Part shown: positions 1 through 11,720 of the stretch, piece by piece
How positions within the stretch are numbered: position 1 is the first letter of the stretch
Layout of the letters: every line of letters starts with the position of its first letter
Source: Coniocarpon cinnabarinum
Taxonomy: Eukaryota
Direction: 5' to 3'
Assembly: GCA_051942205.1 (NCBI GenBank)
Contig: JAVECO010000087.1
Span: 1-64,000 of the forward strand
DNA: 64,000 nt
Made by a program: the position numbers and the translations under genes
Notes under the pieces: generated by a model
What the model was told of the DNA's origin: nothing
The model's input: only the letters and a program-made list of their open reading frames with translations
Database searches by the model: none

Positions 1-2660
1 TATTTTATAACAAGTATAATACTTAATAGACGATTAGTACGATAGGCAGAGGAACTCGTAAACTTTAATATTAATATTTCCTATTAACCTAGAGCAGACA
101 ACGTAAGAGTAGATACTCTCTCCTACTAACTAGATTACCTAGAGAATAAGATATAGGTTTTATATACTATACTTAAGAAAAATCTAGATAGGACGCTTTT
201 AAACAATTTAATTAATCTTAACACTCTTTTTTAGATTAAATAGTACGATATTACTAAGCAACTTATAGATAGATACTAGAAGGACCCTAAACATAAATAT
301 ATTAAAAGGATCCTTACTAAAGACCCCACTAGTTAACTCCTTAAATACTATAGACTTATCTATATACTAACTTAGATATATAAATTCTTTATTAAGGATT
401 ACTATAAATAAGGATACTAAGGTACTATAGCAATAGTTAAGAAAATAAGCTAGAAGTACTTTATCTCTAGCTTATAATATAAGATACAATAAATCTATAA
501 TAAATATAATATTTGCTTAAGGTCTTAATAGGATAGACATAAGGTCTATAGTAAACTATAGCTACTTATATTACTAGATAAACTATAGCAAATAGTTATA
601 ATAGATTTTATTACTAACTTACCCTATTTAATTAACCCTAGCAACTTTTCTACCTATAACTTAATTTACGTTATTATAGACAAACTTATAAAGTACTCCT
701 ACTTTGTCCTAACTATCTTAAAGTTAACGGTATCTAGATTTATATTTATCTTTCTTAGGCACGTTATATTGTAATATAGCGCACTAAAATAGATAATTTT
801 AGATTAAAATAAGCTATTTATATTATATTTTTAGAGATTACTTACATTACTTATAGAAATTAAAAGAAAACTTAGTACTTTGTTTTATCTATAAATAGAC
901 AGCTAAACTAAGCGAATAAACTAAACGCTAGAAGAATTTCTTAGGAAGTATATTAACTATTAACAAAATAATTAGGTATTACTTCTCTTACTAGCATAGT
1001 TCGTACACAATTTAAGCTATTCTTAACTAATAAAGGAGACACCTTTCTTTGCTAACTATAGATTAAACCTAGAACTAACGTATAGTTTAATTATAGAAAG
1101 AAACTTAGTAGCTTAAGTAGAAGTATCTTACTAACAACTTTAAGACTTGTACTATATCTTATATGTTAAACATACCTTTGCTAATAACAAAATAAGCTAC
1201 TATACTAACCAACAAAGATCTAAGAGTCTAGATCTAAAGGAGGGGGATACCATCTACCTACAAAGAAAAAATATTAAGATAAGGCGACTAAGTAATAAAC
1301 TAGATTTTATTAAACTTAGACCTTTTAAGATTATATAGAAACTTAGACCTATAACGTATAGATTATATCTACTAGATACTATAAAGATCTACCTAGTTTT
1401 TTATATATTATTACTAGAACTAACTATACTACTAGTAACTTAGGAAAACATCTAGATTTACGAAGATTTATAGAATCCTAAATATAAGGTTAAGTTAATA
1501 CTTAATTATCGACAAATATAAGAAAAATATAAATACCTTATTAAGTAGAAAGGCTACGCTAACAAAGATAGTACTTAGGAACTAATCAAGAACCTAACCT
1601 ACTACTAGGAGGTGTTATACTGTTACTAACAATAGTATCTAGACCTTTAATACTAGTACTTTTAGAAATAAACTTAATCCTACTTAGTAGATTCTACGAC
1701 ATACTATCTAATATCGCTAGGTTTTCTTTAATTTCTAGTAACTTGTCTTAATAAGCTATATTAATATTCGCTTTCTTAAACTTATTATAATAGCTCTTAA
1801 TAGTATTTATTCTTTAAGTTATTTTAAGTTGTTTATAGTTATAGCGTTTATCTATCTCCCTTTTAGCTTTCTTAGCCTCTTAGACTAGTTCCTTAAATTC
1901 CTCTTACTTTCCTTATATAAAGTCGACTATAGAAGTAAGCACTAGCCTATAGATAGGACGGAGGTTATTTACTATCTTTCGTAGTTACCTATACGTTACA
2001 CCTAGACTTTCCTTCCTTATAGTTTTTATACGTCGCCTCTATTAAGATTAGCTAATAGACTAATCTCTATTAGGAATAAACGCTATATAGAGGTATAGTA
2101 AGAAGGATAGGTTTTCTAACTTATTTAGAACGCTTAATAGCGCGTTTAAGAAACTTAAAAGGAATAGTTATCTAAGACAAAGACTTAACTTTAGATTTTA
2201 ATTTTAATATACTAGCTTATATAACGCTATTAGTAGTATTCTTATAAGAAGGTATAATAGCTTATATTTAAAAAAGCGAATAGGAGCACGACTATTTATA
2301 TTCTACGCTATAGTTATTTAAGACGAACAACTTATAGAGGGGCTAATATTACGCTATACCTAATATAGGATAAAAGGTTATATATATACGCGCACTATTA
2401 TGCTAATACGCGAGGCCCTAATATATTAAGGCGTGTTTTTTTCTAGGACTTCCTATATATAAAGGTACGTAACCCTAAAGAAAAGGGACCCCCTAGGCAC
2501 TAGGCCCTTAGTTGTCCTTAGGGGTACAATATATTTACTTGTACCTTAGTCTATATAGTCTAATAGTAAGCCTACCTCTCTCTTAGGCTTAATATCGTTT
2601 AAATTTAGAATTAACCTAACTTATAAGTTATAAACTACTAAATTAATTACTTACTAGTTT
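1..2660 (+). mobile_element. RIP-inactivated Ty3/Gypsy (chromovirus) LTR retrotransposon, 3' part: RNase H end, integrase, chromodomain, PPT, 3' LTR
   Basis: Very AT-rich, TpA-rich and CpA/TpG-poor. The + strand reads NVRVDTLS (~100; cf. N..ADALSR), IDFITNLP (601; cf. integrase MDFITDLP), KLDFIKLRPFKI (GPF motif) and YKVKLILNYR...KYLIK*KGY...ST*E (~1482-1585; chromodomain). The element continues left of the window and its right boundary is approximate. Confidence 0.93.
2347..2660 (+). repeat. Putative 3' LTR of the Gypsy element
   Basis: Purine tract AGAGGGG at 2336-2342 is followed by TATTACG at 2347, consistent with a RIP-mutated TGTTACG LTR start. No partner LTR is in the window and the end coordinate is uncertain. 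Confidence 0.55.
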
Positions 2661-2669
2661 ATAGCGCAC

Positions 2670-5425
2670 CTTACTTTCTTAGATAGTACTACTACTATTA
2701 GATAAAGTAACCTTCGCTATAGTAGTATACTAGTTACTCTCCCCTATAGCTCTTACTATCTTTATTCCTTTATATTGTTTTTTATTATATTCTTCTATAG
2801 CAAAGGTTCTTATCCCTAGGACAGCTCTACGTCTTCTTGGTTACTCGAGCGTAGGGTCCTTCGTAGGGGCGTCGCACTTATCTAAGCTGCTAGGCATAAA
2901 AGATAGCGTACTCCCTCTACTACTAGTAAAGGCCTCTAGATAGGTCTTAATTACCTATCTAGTAGTATACTCTTACTACTCTCTAGTAGTACTAGGTTTA
3001 AATTTTCTTCCTTAATATCTAGGTTATCTAATATACTAATATACTATTTAGCTTAACTATTAAATAACTAGCCCTTTTTTACTAACTTATTAAACTATAC
3101 TAAGCTAGTAAGTTATACTAGCTTTATCTAAGAGTCTAGAATATAGTACTATCTAGTTATTTCTATATACCTAATAAAGACTCTACTACCTATTATAGGC
3201 TCTAGCTTATTAGTATATTACTTTTTAGAGATCTAAGTATATATAATATAGCTAAAGATATATAGATATACTAGACTTAGCTTCTTACTTAACTAAAGCT
3301 CTTCTAAGTACTAACTTGCCCTCTACTAAGGTATCTAGTTTTTTAGATAAGTTGCTATATATACTACTTTACCTTAGAGCTCTTTTAATAGGCCTACTAC
3401 AACTAATATACTTCTTATAATAGTAATAAGCGTCTAGTTTAGGCGCTTAGTAATGCTATTCTGCTTAGGTATATATAGTATAGTAAATTTAATTTATACG
3501 CCTTATTCTTAAAGGCCTCTTATAAGGGCTTTAAACTCTACTATATTATTAAGCTATATAGCTTATAGCTAGCAGCCGCTCTACTACTTAGCCTACTACT
3601 TTTAGGCCTAAAAGGTCTTATATAGGGTATATTAGGCTATTTTAAGAAAAATCTATAACTTCTAAGTATAATTATTAGTAATTATTAGTATATACTAGCT
3701 GCCTAATAGCGTCTAGTATTTAATTAGACCCTAGTAGTCTATATATACCTATTTAAGCTTCTTCTAAACCCTTTCTACTAGCTTCTTATTAATAATCTAT
3801 ATAGCTTTTATTAGCTTATATATCTTATAGGCCTTAACTAGCCTAATTACTAGTATATCTATACTACCTATAGCTAGCTGCTATATCTTTTACTCTTCTA
3901 GATATTCTAGCTAGCAGTACTATAGCTATAATACTATATCCTAAGTAATACTAAGGCTTACTACCTTAATCTACTTTATATAAAGTATATATACCTTTCT
4001 TTAGTATATAGCTATTATAATAACCTTTTCTTACTTTATTAGTTAAGCCTTTTAGCTACTAAATTAAAATATAATACCTCTATTAGCTAGCTAGCTAATA
4101 GATAGTAGGTTATATATAATTCCTAGTATATATATTATATCTATAATCTAAATCTAATTACTACTAATCTATACCTTAATTAAGCTCTATCTAGGCGCTT
4201 CTAGTACTTACCTATTAGTAATCTTAACCTCCCTAGTATAGAGAGTATAGTTAATAAATATACTTCTATTAAATATTATATACTATATATAGCCTAAGTT
4301 AAGTACCTACTTATTTAGATCCTACTATAGTAGTAGCCTAGCTATAGACGCTATAGCTATTTAAGCTATATTAGCTTATTCTTTAAGCTCTTTTTCTTTC
4401 TAAAACTTATAGTCTTATTTTATATAGCTAGTCTTATAATAGTAATAGTACTTAATAATACTTCTTTTCTTAGAGCGACTACTCTAAGGTCTTTACTACT
4501 CTTTAGTAGTAAACCTAGCTAGCTTTAAGCCTTTCTAGTTCTTTAAAAAAAGCTTAACTTCTTTAAGCCTCTAAATAACCTTATTATATAATATAGATAC
4601 TATACCTACTACCCTAAGGGCTAAAACTATTGTCTAGTAGGCCTCTAGTAGACTTTATATAAATATAGCCTTCTTAGCTATATCTAATAACTATTTATTT
4701 AGCTTTATAGTAGCAATCTATAGCTATAGCTAAGATAACTTACTAGTACTACTATTAATAGTACTAGCCTACTAAAACTTATAAAAGTTAGATAGTAGGC
4801 GCTAAACCTACTTCTTACTAGGTACCTAGTAAATTAACTTAAGCTTTTCTAGAGCTTTCTTTAAAGACTAGAGCTCTAGTAGATAAGTATACTACTTCTT
4901 ATTAATAGTTAACTTAATAACTACTAGTACTTTAGTAAAGTTCTTTTTCTAAGTTTTTTTATCTTTCTTAAGGTTACTAGTAGCTACCTCTATATATCTC
5001 TAAAGGCCTTTACCTTTTAGTATATTCTATAGTACATTAACCTATTCTAGAAAGTTACTACTACCTAGTATAAGGACCTTAGAAAGGTTCTATTTATAAG
5101 ATTCTTTTATCTTACTTATATAGAGAAGAGTATAACTAGAGTAAGAAAATAAAGGAGTAGTAGTACTAGTAGTAATAATAATAATAAGGCGTTAAGCTAG
5201 GCTTATAACTATTATAAAGATTAAGCAGATACTATTAATTAAGTACTACTATTACTCTTTTTATCTACCTTATCTAGGAGCTATATCTTTATATACTATA
5301 CTAGCTACCTGTTATTTGCTAATAATAGCGTCTAGACTATATCGTCCTGGTCTAGACTATGCCAACAGCCTACTAGACACCTGGTAGGCCCCTATTGGGT
5401 GGCGACTGGAGGAGTACTCACAACA
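2670..5425 (-). mobile_element. RIP-inactivated Ty1/Copia LTR retrotransposon, 5' part (LTR, gag, protease, integrase), interrupted before RT
   Basis: The minus strand gives KYYYYYKTSYIK*DY (RIPed CCHC knuckle, ~4410-4455), *VLNLGYI*YI (protease WVLDSG..HM, ~4280-4312), L*YC*LEYL (pre-integrase LWH.RLGH, ~3900-3928), VYIDY*G...IITNNYT*K (integrase, ~3660-3750) and KQNSITKRLN*TL (cf. EQNG.AERLNRTL, ~3430-3470). Domain order gag-PR-IN is Copia-type. Confidence 0.9.
5210..5425 (-). repeat. Putative 5' LTR of the Copia element (~215 bp)
   Basis: On the minus strand it begins TGTTGTGAG (5425) and ends CTTTATAATA (RIPed ...ACAACA, 5210). It is followed by GTTATAAGCC, resembling the GGTTATGAGCC primer-binding sequence I recall from fungal Copia elements. 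Confidence 0.6.
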
Positions 5426-5429
5426 AATA

Positions 5430-8150
5430 GAGTTATATTTGCGCTGTAACATGTGCGCCTCATGTTCTGGTATCATGCCTTGGACGAGAGGTCTGGTTGA
5501 TCGAAGGAGTCACTTCCCGGACATTGCCATCCCCTGACAGCCCCGATTTTCATGTCGCGTTCAAGTACTTTCCACGTCTGACCATACGGCTTCAAGCCGT
5601 CGAATCCGTTGATGGGCAGGTGGGTCCAAGTTGCAATGGATCTATAGAGCAAGTCGCGCTATCGTAGAGCCTGTTAGCTTAAGCGTTCGCGGAGCTTGGC
5701 TACGCTTACGGTCTGATATTGAAAGTGAATCAGACCGCTTTGGAATAAGCGATGTTGTATGCGTACCCGCTTATCGTCGATAGCACTTTACTGTGCCAAA
5801 AGCAACTTGCCTAACTTTAAAATACAAGCTGTCCCCAATACATCTATAAAAGGCTTCTTACCTTAGTAGCTCTAGGTAATATGACGTTGAAAAAGATACA
5901 CAGTTTCGAAACAGCAAAGGGTGCGAATAGGTGTAGTATTATAGAAGCGGTTAATATCGCGCGATGAGCTTACTTATCGCTTAGCCAAATGTGAATAAAC
6001 TCATTTCTCTATATAAAGAAGCTGATTGTAATATGCGAGCAATGTATACAAGTCGATGACGCTGCCTCCGAAGGTATTTCAAAGGGAACGCTCCTCGGAA
6101 GATGTTCTTGCTACGCTAGGCGTCACTAGGGACGCGAAACGTTTTTACGACGCCTGCACTCGCGCGATCTGGTCCTCTTCCGGCATACAAGCTACGCTTT
6201 TGTTCCCGTAGTAGCGGTCAAAGCACTATAAAGCAAAAGTTAGAGGGTTCGAATAGCGTGCGCTTGTCTAAGGACTGTTGTCTTATGAGATAAGCATATA
6301 CCGTTCGTCCTCTACCCTACGCCTCCCTTAGAGCCATGCAGAACCTGTCTTTACAATACCTATAACGGCGCGACCTTATTCCTTTCTGGAGTATGACCTA
6401 CGCTCTCGATCCCGCGCTTATAGTCAAAGACTAGTAATGTGAAGATTAAAAAGAACGAATGGCGTACGCTATTTTAATAATCCTGGTCTTTTAAAAAGAG
6501 AACAAGTTATTTCTCCTCTACCCGCTCCACCTCTACTAGAGCTATATGAAGTAAGTGGCCGACTATCTAAACGTCTGAATCTTGTGCTTAGCTAGCGCAC
6601 TACTACAGTATCTAACTTTTTAGATAATCTAGTAAGTTCTATTAAAGCGTTTATGCCTTTAGAGGTGGAATCTTAATGTAAGTCAAATAATTAAGAGGTA
6701 AAGAAATGCTAGCAGTCTGTATCCTTCCCTGTCCCCTTCGCCTCCTCTCGGACTGTACGAAGCAAGTAGTCAACCTTTTAAACGTCCAAATCCCGCGCTT
6801 AGCCAGCACATAGCTGCAGCATCTGACTCCAAAAACGCGCTGACCGATTTTACCAAGTCGTGCATGCCCTTAGAAGTGGCATCCAGGTAGAAGTCGAATA
6901 TCTTATGGCCATGAGGATACACTGCCTGCAGCGACGTCAGCATATCGCCATCGTCATCGTCCTTCCTTCCTGACTTTCTAATAACTACTCCTTTCGTGCC
7001 TCAGAAAACGCGAGTTCATATTCGCCGTTCGTAAGGTCGGTGACTCCGGTGGTGAGCAGTGGGGCGCTTTGTAGTATAAGGCTTTAGTAGAGAGTGACTT
7101 CGTTCCCGCCTCTCTGTAGACAAGAAAGAAGAACACTCAAGTCGATTATGGCCCTAGACTGCTGGCTACTACTACATGACTTTGTATCGACGAAGAAGAA
7201 GCCTGACCGTTCTCACATACCGTCACATGATGCTTAGGTCGCACCATAGAAGAGCTATGAATGAGCTCAGCTAAACACAACTAGAGACATTCAAGCCATC
7301 ACAGCAGAGCAGCCTCAGCTTTCTCATACACCAGCCTTATGAAAATACAGATTACTAGTGAACAGGCGGCAGGCGCGGACAATTGTGGCATACACGACAT
7401 CGCGCCGTCAAAGCGCCGCTCACGACTCCTCAAAGTGACACTCATCACAAGCATGTATTACTATAGCTTAAACACAAGCAAGCTCCCTTGATCTTAGATA
7501 TTACAGCGTCTAACAGCTACACACCTTTACAACTGATCACAGCTGCCCACCTATAAACCAGTATAAGCCCGACGAAGAGAATCCTCGAAGTAGTGCGCAC
7601 GGATACACATCACATATCGAAAGCAAGCGGTAGCTCACCTAAGCACGAGTATCGCCGTAGCTTCAACCGAGCACAAGCAAGATCTGAACTTATCAGAGAT
7701 TCCGTAAGGAGACGACGGCGCACCGCAGCCAAGTTAGCTGTACATCTCCGCCAGCGCAAGAAAGCAAGCAATAGACGTTCTCTCAACCCATCAACAGATA
7801 TGATCTATGCGTAATGCATGTCCCTGTTTCCGCGACCCAAAATCTGCTCATGACCCTCTCAAAGGCTCACTACGAGTATGGAGATCAACATAGCTTCCAT
7901 AATAGCCCGAATGCACAGATACCTCAACTGATGGCGACAGTGTCGCTTGGAAGCCACGGCACCGCATACTCATAGCACCGTGCCTTTAATGCAATACATA
8001 AGACATCTTGGATCCTTGCTTCGACTTATAGAGCTCACTATAACGAATGCGTATGAAACAGTAGAGCCAGTGACGCATGTGACTTCTCCAAAGGGCGACC
8101 TACAACAAGCTCTTTTATTGTTACAGCTTGTAGAATAGAGATGTTGTATA
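5430..8150. pseudogene. Partly mutated transition zone, possibly decayed coding or repeat sequence
   Basis: GC is intermediate between the TE block and the genes, TpA is in excess, no ORF exceeds ~75 aa, and there is an internal diverged duplication. No protein family is recognisable. Confidence 0.3.
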
Positions 8151-8185
8151 GCACATAGCGTGGATACAGCAGGACTTTCAACTTG

Positions 8186-8251
8186 GTCATTACATCACAG
8201 TATAGTAGAGCAGTATAGTAGAGCCGTCATTAAATCACAGTATAGTAGAGC
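8186..8251 (+). repeat. Short imperfect tandem repeat
   Basis: CAGTATAGTAGAGC occurs three times, twice preceded by GTCATTA(C/A)ATCA. Confidence 0.85.
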
Positions 8252-10954
8252 CACAGACACGCACAACCAAGAGCAGCATATAGAGTGAAAGTCGTGCCAG
8301 TCATCGCAAGCAGCCTAGACGTTTCCCCTCCAACAGGCAGACATCAGTACAGCAGAGGTCTACAGAACAGCACTTGCCGAATATCAACACAACAACTAAC
8401 AAAGCACAGGGGGCCTTCGCCCTTGTATCCCCAGCTCTTTGACCCGAACCATCCTCGTCGCACAAGCTCGCCGCCGAGACTGACATCCAGCGACGCCTCG
8501 ACGTCTCAAAGCGGTATCCCAAAAAGCGCGGCATCCCTAGCCACGTACCGTCGAAGCATTACAGGAACGGCCTGGAGTCCTCCGAAGCGACATCTGACCA
8601 CGGCACTGGCATCGACATGTCCGATCGCAAGCAAGGGCCCTCAGCACGACTCGTCACAGCAACCCAAACAGTGACTGAGCTAAGCCTCATCCCAAGACGC
8701 CCCATCCACATCACCCATCCCGGCTCTTCGTGAAATGTGTATAGTAATCCACATGGAGACTGAGCTAAGCCTCACTTTAGTACCTCTAATCATGTCGCGT
8801 ACGTGGCCTCTCATCATGCATCCACTCATCCCACTTCAATTCATCACTTCCCGATCCCGTTTTCTCCAGAACCCGTTCCGATGTCGGGCTCTTGACCTTG
8901 ACTTCTCAAAGCATTGCATCGATCCTAGTCAAAGGTCCAGCATTGATACATTGCACACCCATTTGTTATCCAACGCATCTTCAAACTCGGTTTCATTCGC
9001 GTTCTTTACCCTCAAACTCCCGCGCCACGCTGAGGCAACAGCCTGAAAATCCCGACCAGCGACTCAACCACTTTCGACGACCCTGGATTAGCACGTCAGA
9101 CGTGATTTTGGGCATCAGGCCAACCCACGGGCCTGGTAGACGACTGGTGTGATTTTTTCTTGCCACCGCGGAGTTCAGCCTCGGTAAAACAGCATCGCCG
9201 ATGAACGTGACAGTATTAGGGCCGACTCGGTGATTATGACTAGGGGTTTGTGAAGAAGGGGAGACCAAGAAAGCAGGCCCATATAATGAACAGACGAAAA
9301 GAACGGGAAGCGCGGTAAATGGCTGACTGGTTAGCGACTTCATTGGTCAGCTGATTGAATGCGTGATTCGCGGGTCTTGTGGGATTGTGCGCCATGTTTA
9401 CCTCACGATTTGATGCCCGTAAGCAGGACAGGATGTCTACTAGTACGACTGCAATCACATCATGTATGACCTCGCTTCGACAGGCAATGATGACTCCGCC
9501 AGGATGGAGGGAAATAGTCAGATTCACGGCCAAAAGATAAATGAGGTTAGTTGGCGAGCAAGCTCGAGGGATGATCCGACGCTGAGACATAGAGGGGTAA
9601 TTAACTTGCACGAGTGTGTGCCAGGCTGAGCTCCACCAAGGCAGAGACAGGGGACAGGGATCCGCAACGACAGCGAACAGCCGATTGACAGGGCCGTGCA
9701 GGTCGCCCGTGCGCAACATGTGCGTACTACCCCGTGCAGCATGCGTGTGGAGACAGAGAGGGTGCGTAATGACTAGGGCGTCCGCGAGCGCATGCTGATG
9801 ATATCGGGCCGCACCGAGATAGGTAACGTATTGGATGGAGTGCATAGGCTTGGAGTTACTCCGTAATGACTAGGTAGGGGTTGGAGAATCCTTGTATAGT
9901 GTGTCAAGTCTTGCAGCCTCGGAGATGCGAAGGACAGGATTTGAGCCTAGGTCAGAGGTCTTGCATTTCGTCTCAAAATAGGCGCTTCGATGCATTGAAG
10001 CGTTGACTGGTTGATAGGTCCCTGGGATCTGCAGAATGCAGCCACGAGTCGATCTTACTCTCTTGAAGACTCCTCGAGTTGATGCGGCACGGCTTGCCGG
10101 AAGATTGCGCATGGGCCAGTGGACGTATGTGCAGGTGGTGTGGGGTTTTCATTGAGCATAGCACAATCCCGGGCATTCGCTTGCGAGTGCCAATCAGGCA
10201 GACTGCCTTGGTCGGTCCTATTGCGAATATTAATTATCGTGCGCATGCCAGAAAGGTGTGCCAGCTCCGGCTAACCATGCAAAAGACGAGCCACAGAACC
10301 GGGTATGAGAATAAGAAAACCAACAACGCCAGTCATCGATGGAGAAACTTTGATGAGTCAAGGTCAGCAACTTCGGTGTCAAGAGTGGTACTACAAGGAT
10401 CATCTTAGAAGTCAAGGAAATGCGTCGAGATCACACGGAGTGCTCCGCGTTCGGATATTGGCTAGTGAGGGTATGCTGGAGCTTGCGTGTGGATTGGCAC
10501 CTAATGTCTTTTGGGTCGTGTAGACAAGGATGGCACAGCTGCTGACCGACTATTGTAAGTGAGATGGACTGAGATCGTTACGACCATACACGGAAGGCTC
10601 GATGTTCTGCTGATGACATGGGAAGGTACTGATGTCTATTCCAGACTTGGTCCCGTCCAACTGGAGGTTCTCCACAATCTGAATCTAACATCCCAGACGC
10701 CGTCTTGGCTTTAGAGGATGCTTTGCTGGCGTTTCGCGTGGATCCTTTATTTGCACATGCTGTGACGGTGACCTGATAAGGTCGTCGTGGTGTTATGGTT
10801 GGCTCTGGGCACATGGAACAAAATGCCTCATCGATAGTGACCAGGGAAATGGAAGCATTCCATCACTCTCTTTCAGACATATTGCAGGCAATCTCACTCC
10901 AGTACCATGTATAGTTACTGGATGGAATCTCGGTGGTCGTGCACTGACCACGCC

Positions 10955-11720
10955 TCATACTCTGACCTCCTCCCCTTGCGCCACGCCCTCCCAAAATCTT
11001 CTCAGCGAATATACGTGTGCTCGAGTCGGTGCCTCATCTCTAGCACAACCCCTCCGAGCGACAGGCCACTTCTCAGCACTGCTCGCGTCATTCACCTTCA
11101 CGATCTCGCCATCTCCACTCTTCCATCTTGCCGTGAAACGACGCACGAGCCTTCTCACACCGCCTGGGCCCTCGTCTTCTGTTCGTGCTTTTTCTCTGAC
11201 CCCTTCGGCCTTGCGTTCCAGCCACGCTCGTAACCCGTCCTTCAATCGTTCCTTCTCGACCCGTCTCTTCGTCTCTACTATCCCAGGCGCGATGGCTCCA
11301 CGACCTCCCACAACCCACTCACCCGAGTTTCTATCCACGGAGCAGCACTCGCGGGGTAGGATGTTGCAGGTGACGAGCTTCTGTGCGGAAGGCCGGTGAG
11401 CAAGGTTGCGGTTCAATCTAATGGCTACGAGTTGACGAGAGATGGTGCGGGCGAGGACATGAGTTGAAGTGAGGTAGATGGTTGCGGCGGGTGGGTGGAG
11501 AGAAGACAGAGAGGGACGATGAGAGAGGGAGTGGGAAAGTAGGTATGGCACGAAGGAACGGCGATGTTGGTGGAGGAGAGGATCGAGTGAGAGGCGACGA
11601 TGACGGTGAGTTGTCTGTATCTTGCGTGTTAGTTTGTGTGTCTATGCACGCAGGAGGCGTTGGAGGAAAGCAGCTGTCCGTGGTGGGTACGTGGAATCCG
11701 ATGCAAGAACATGAGGGCAT
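10955..11720 (-). CDS. RPEL-repeat protein (probably 2 exons)
   Basis: RPEL-like segments LSHSLSHRPSLSSL and RLNRNLAHRPSAQKLVTCNILP. ATG at 11720 plus one intron (GTACCC...ACTAAC...CAG) joins MPSCSCIGFH in frame to TTHRHRRLSLD. Confidence 0.7.

Noticed and set aside
1147..1338. 63-aa ORF as an independent gene
   Set aside because: It is a stop-free fragment of the RIP-mutated Gypsy integrase C-terminal region.
8285..10814. Many 60-200 aa ORFs
   Set aside because: Overlapping on both strands, with no codon bias, domain or consistent splice pattern; not supportable as genes.
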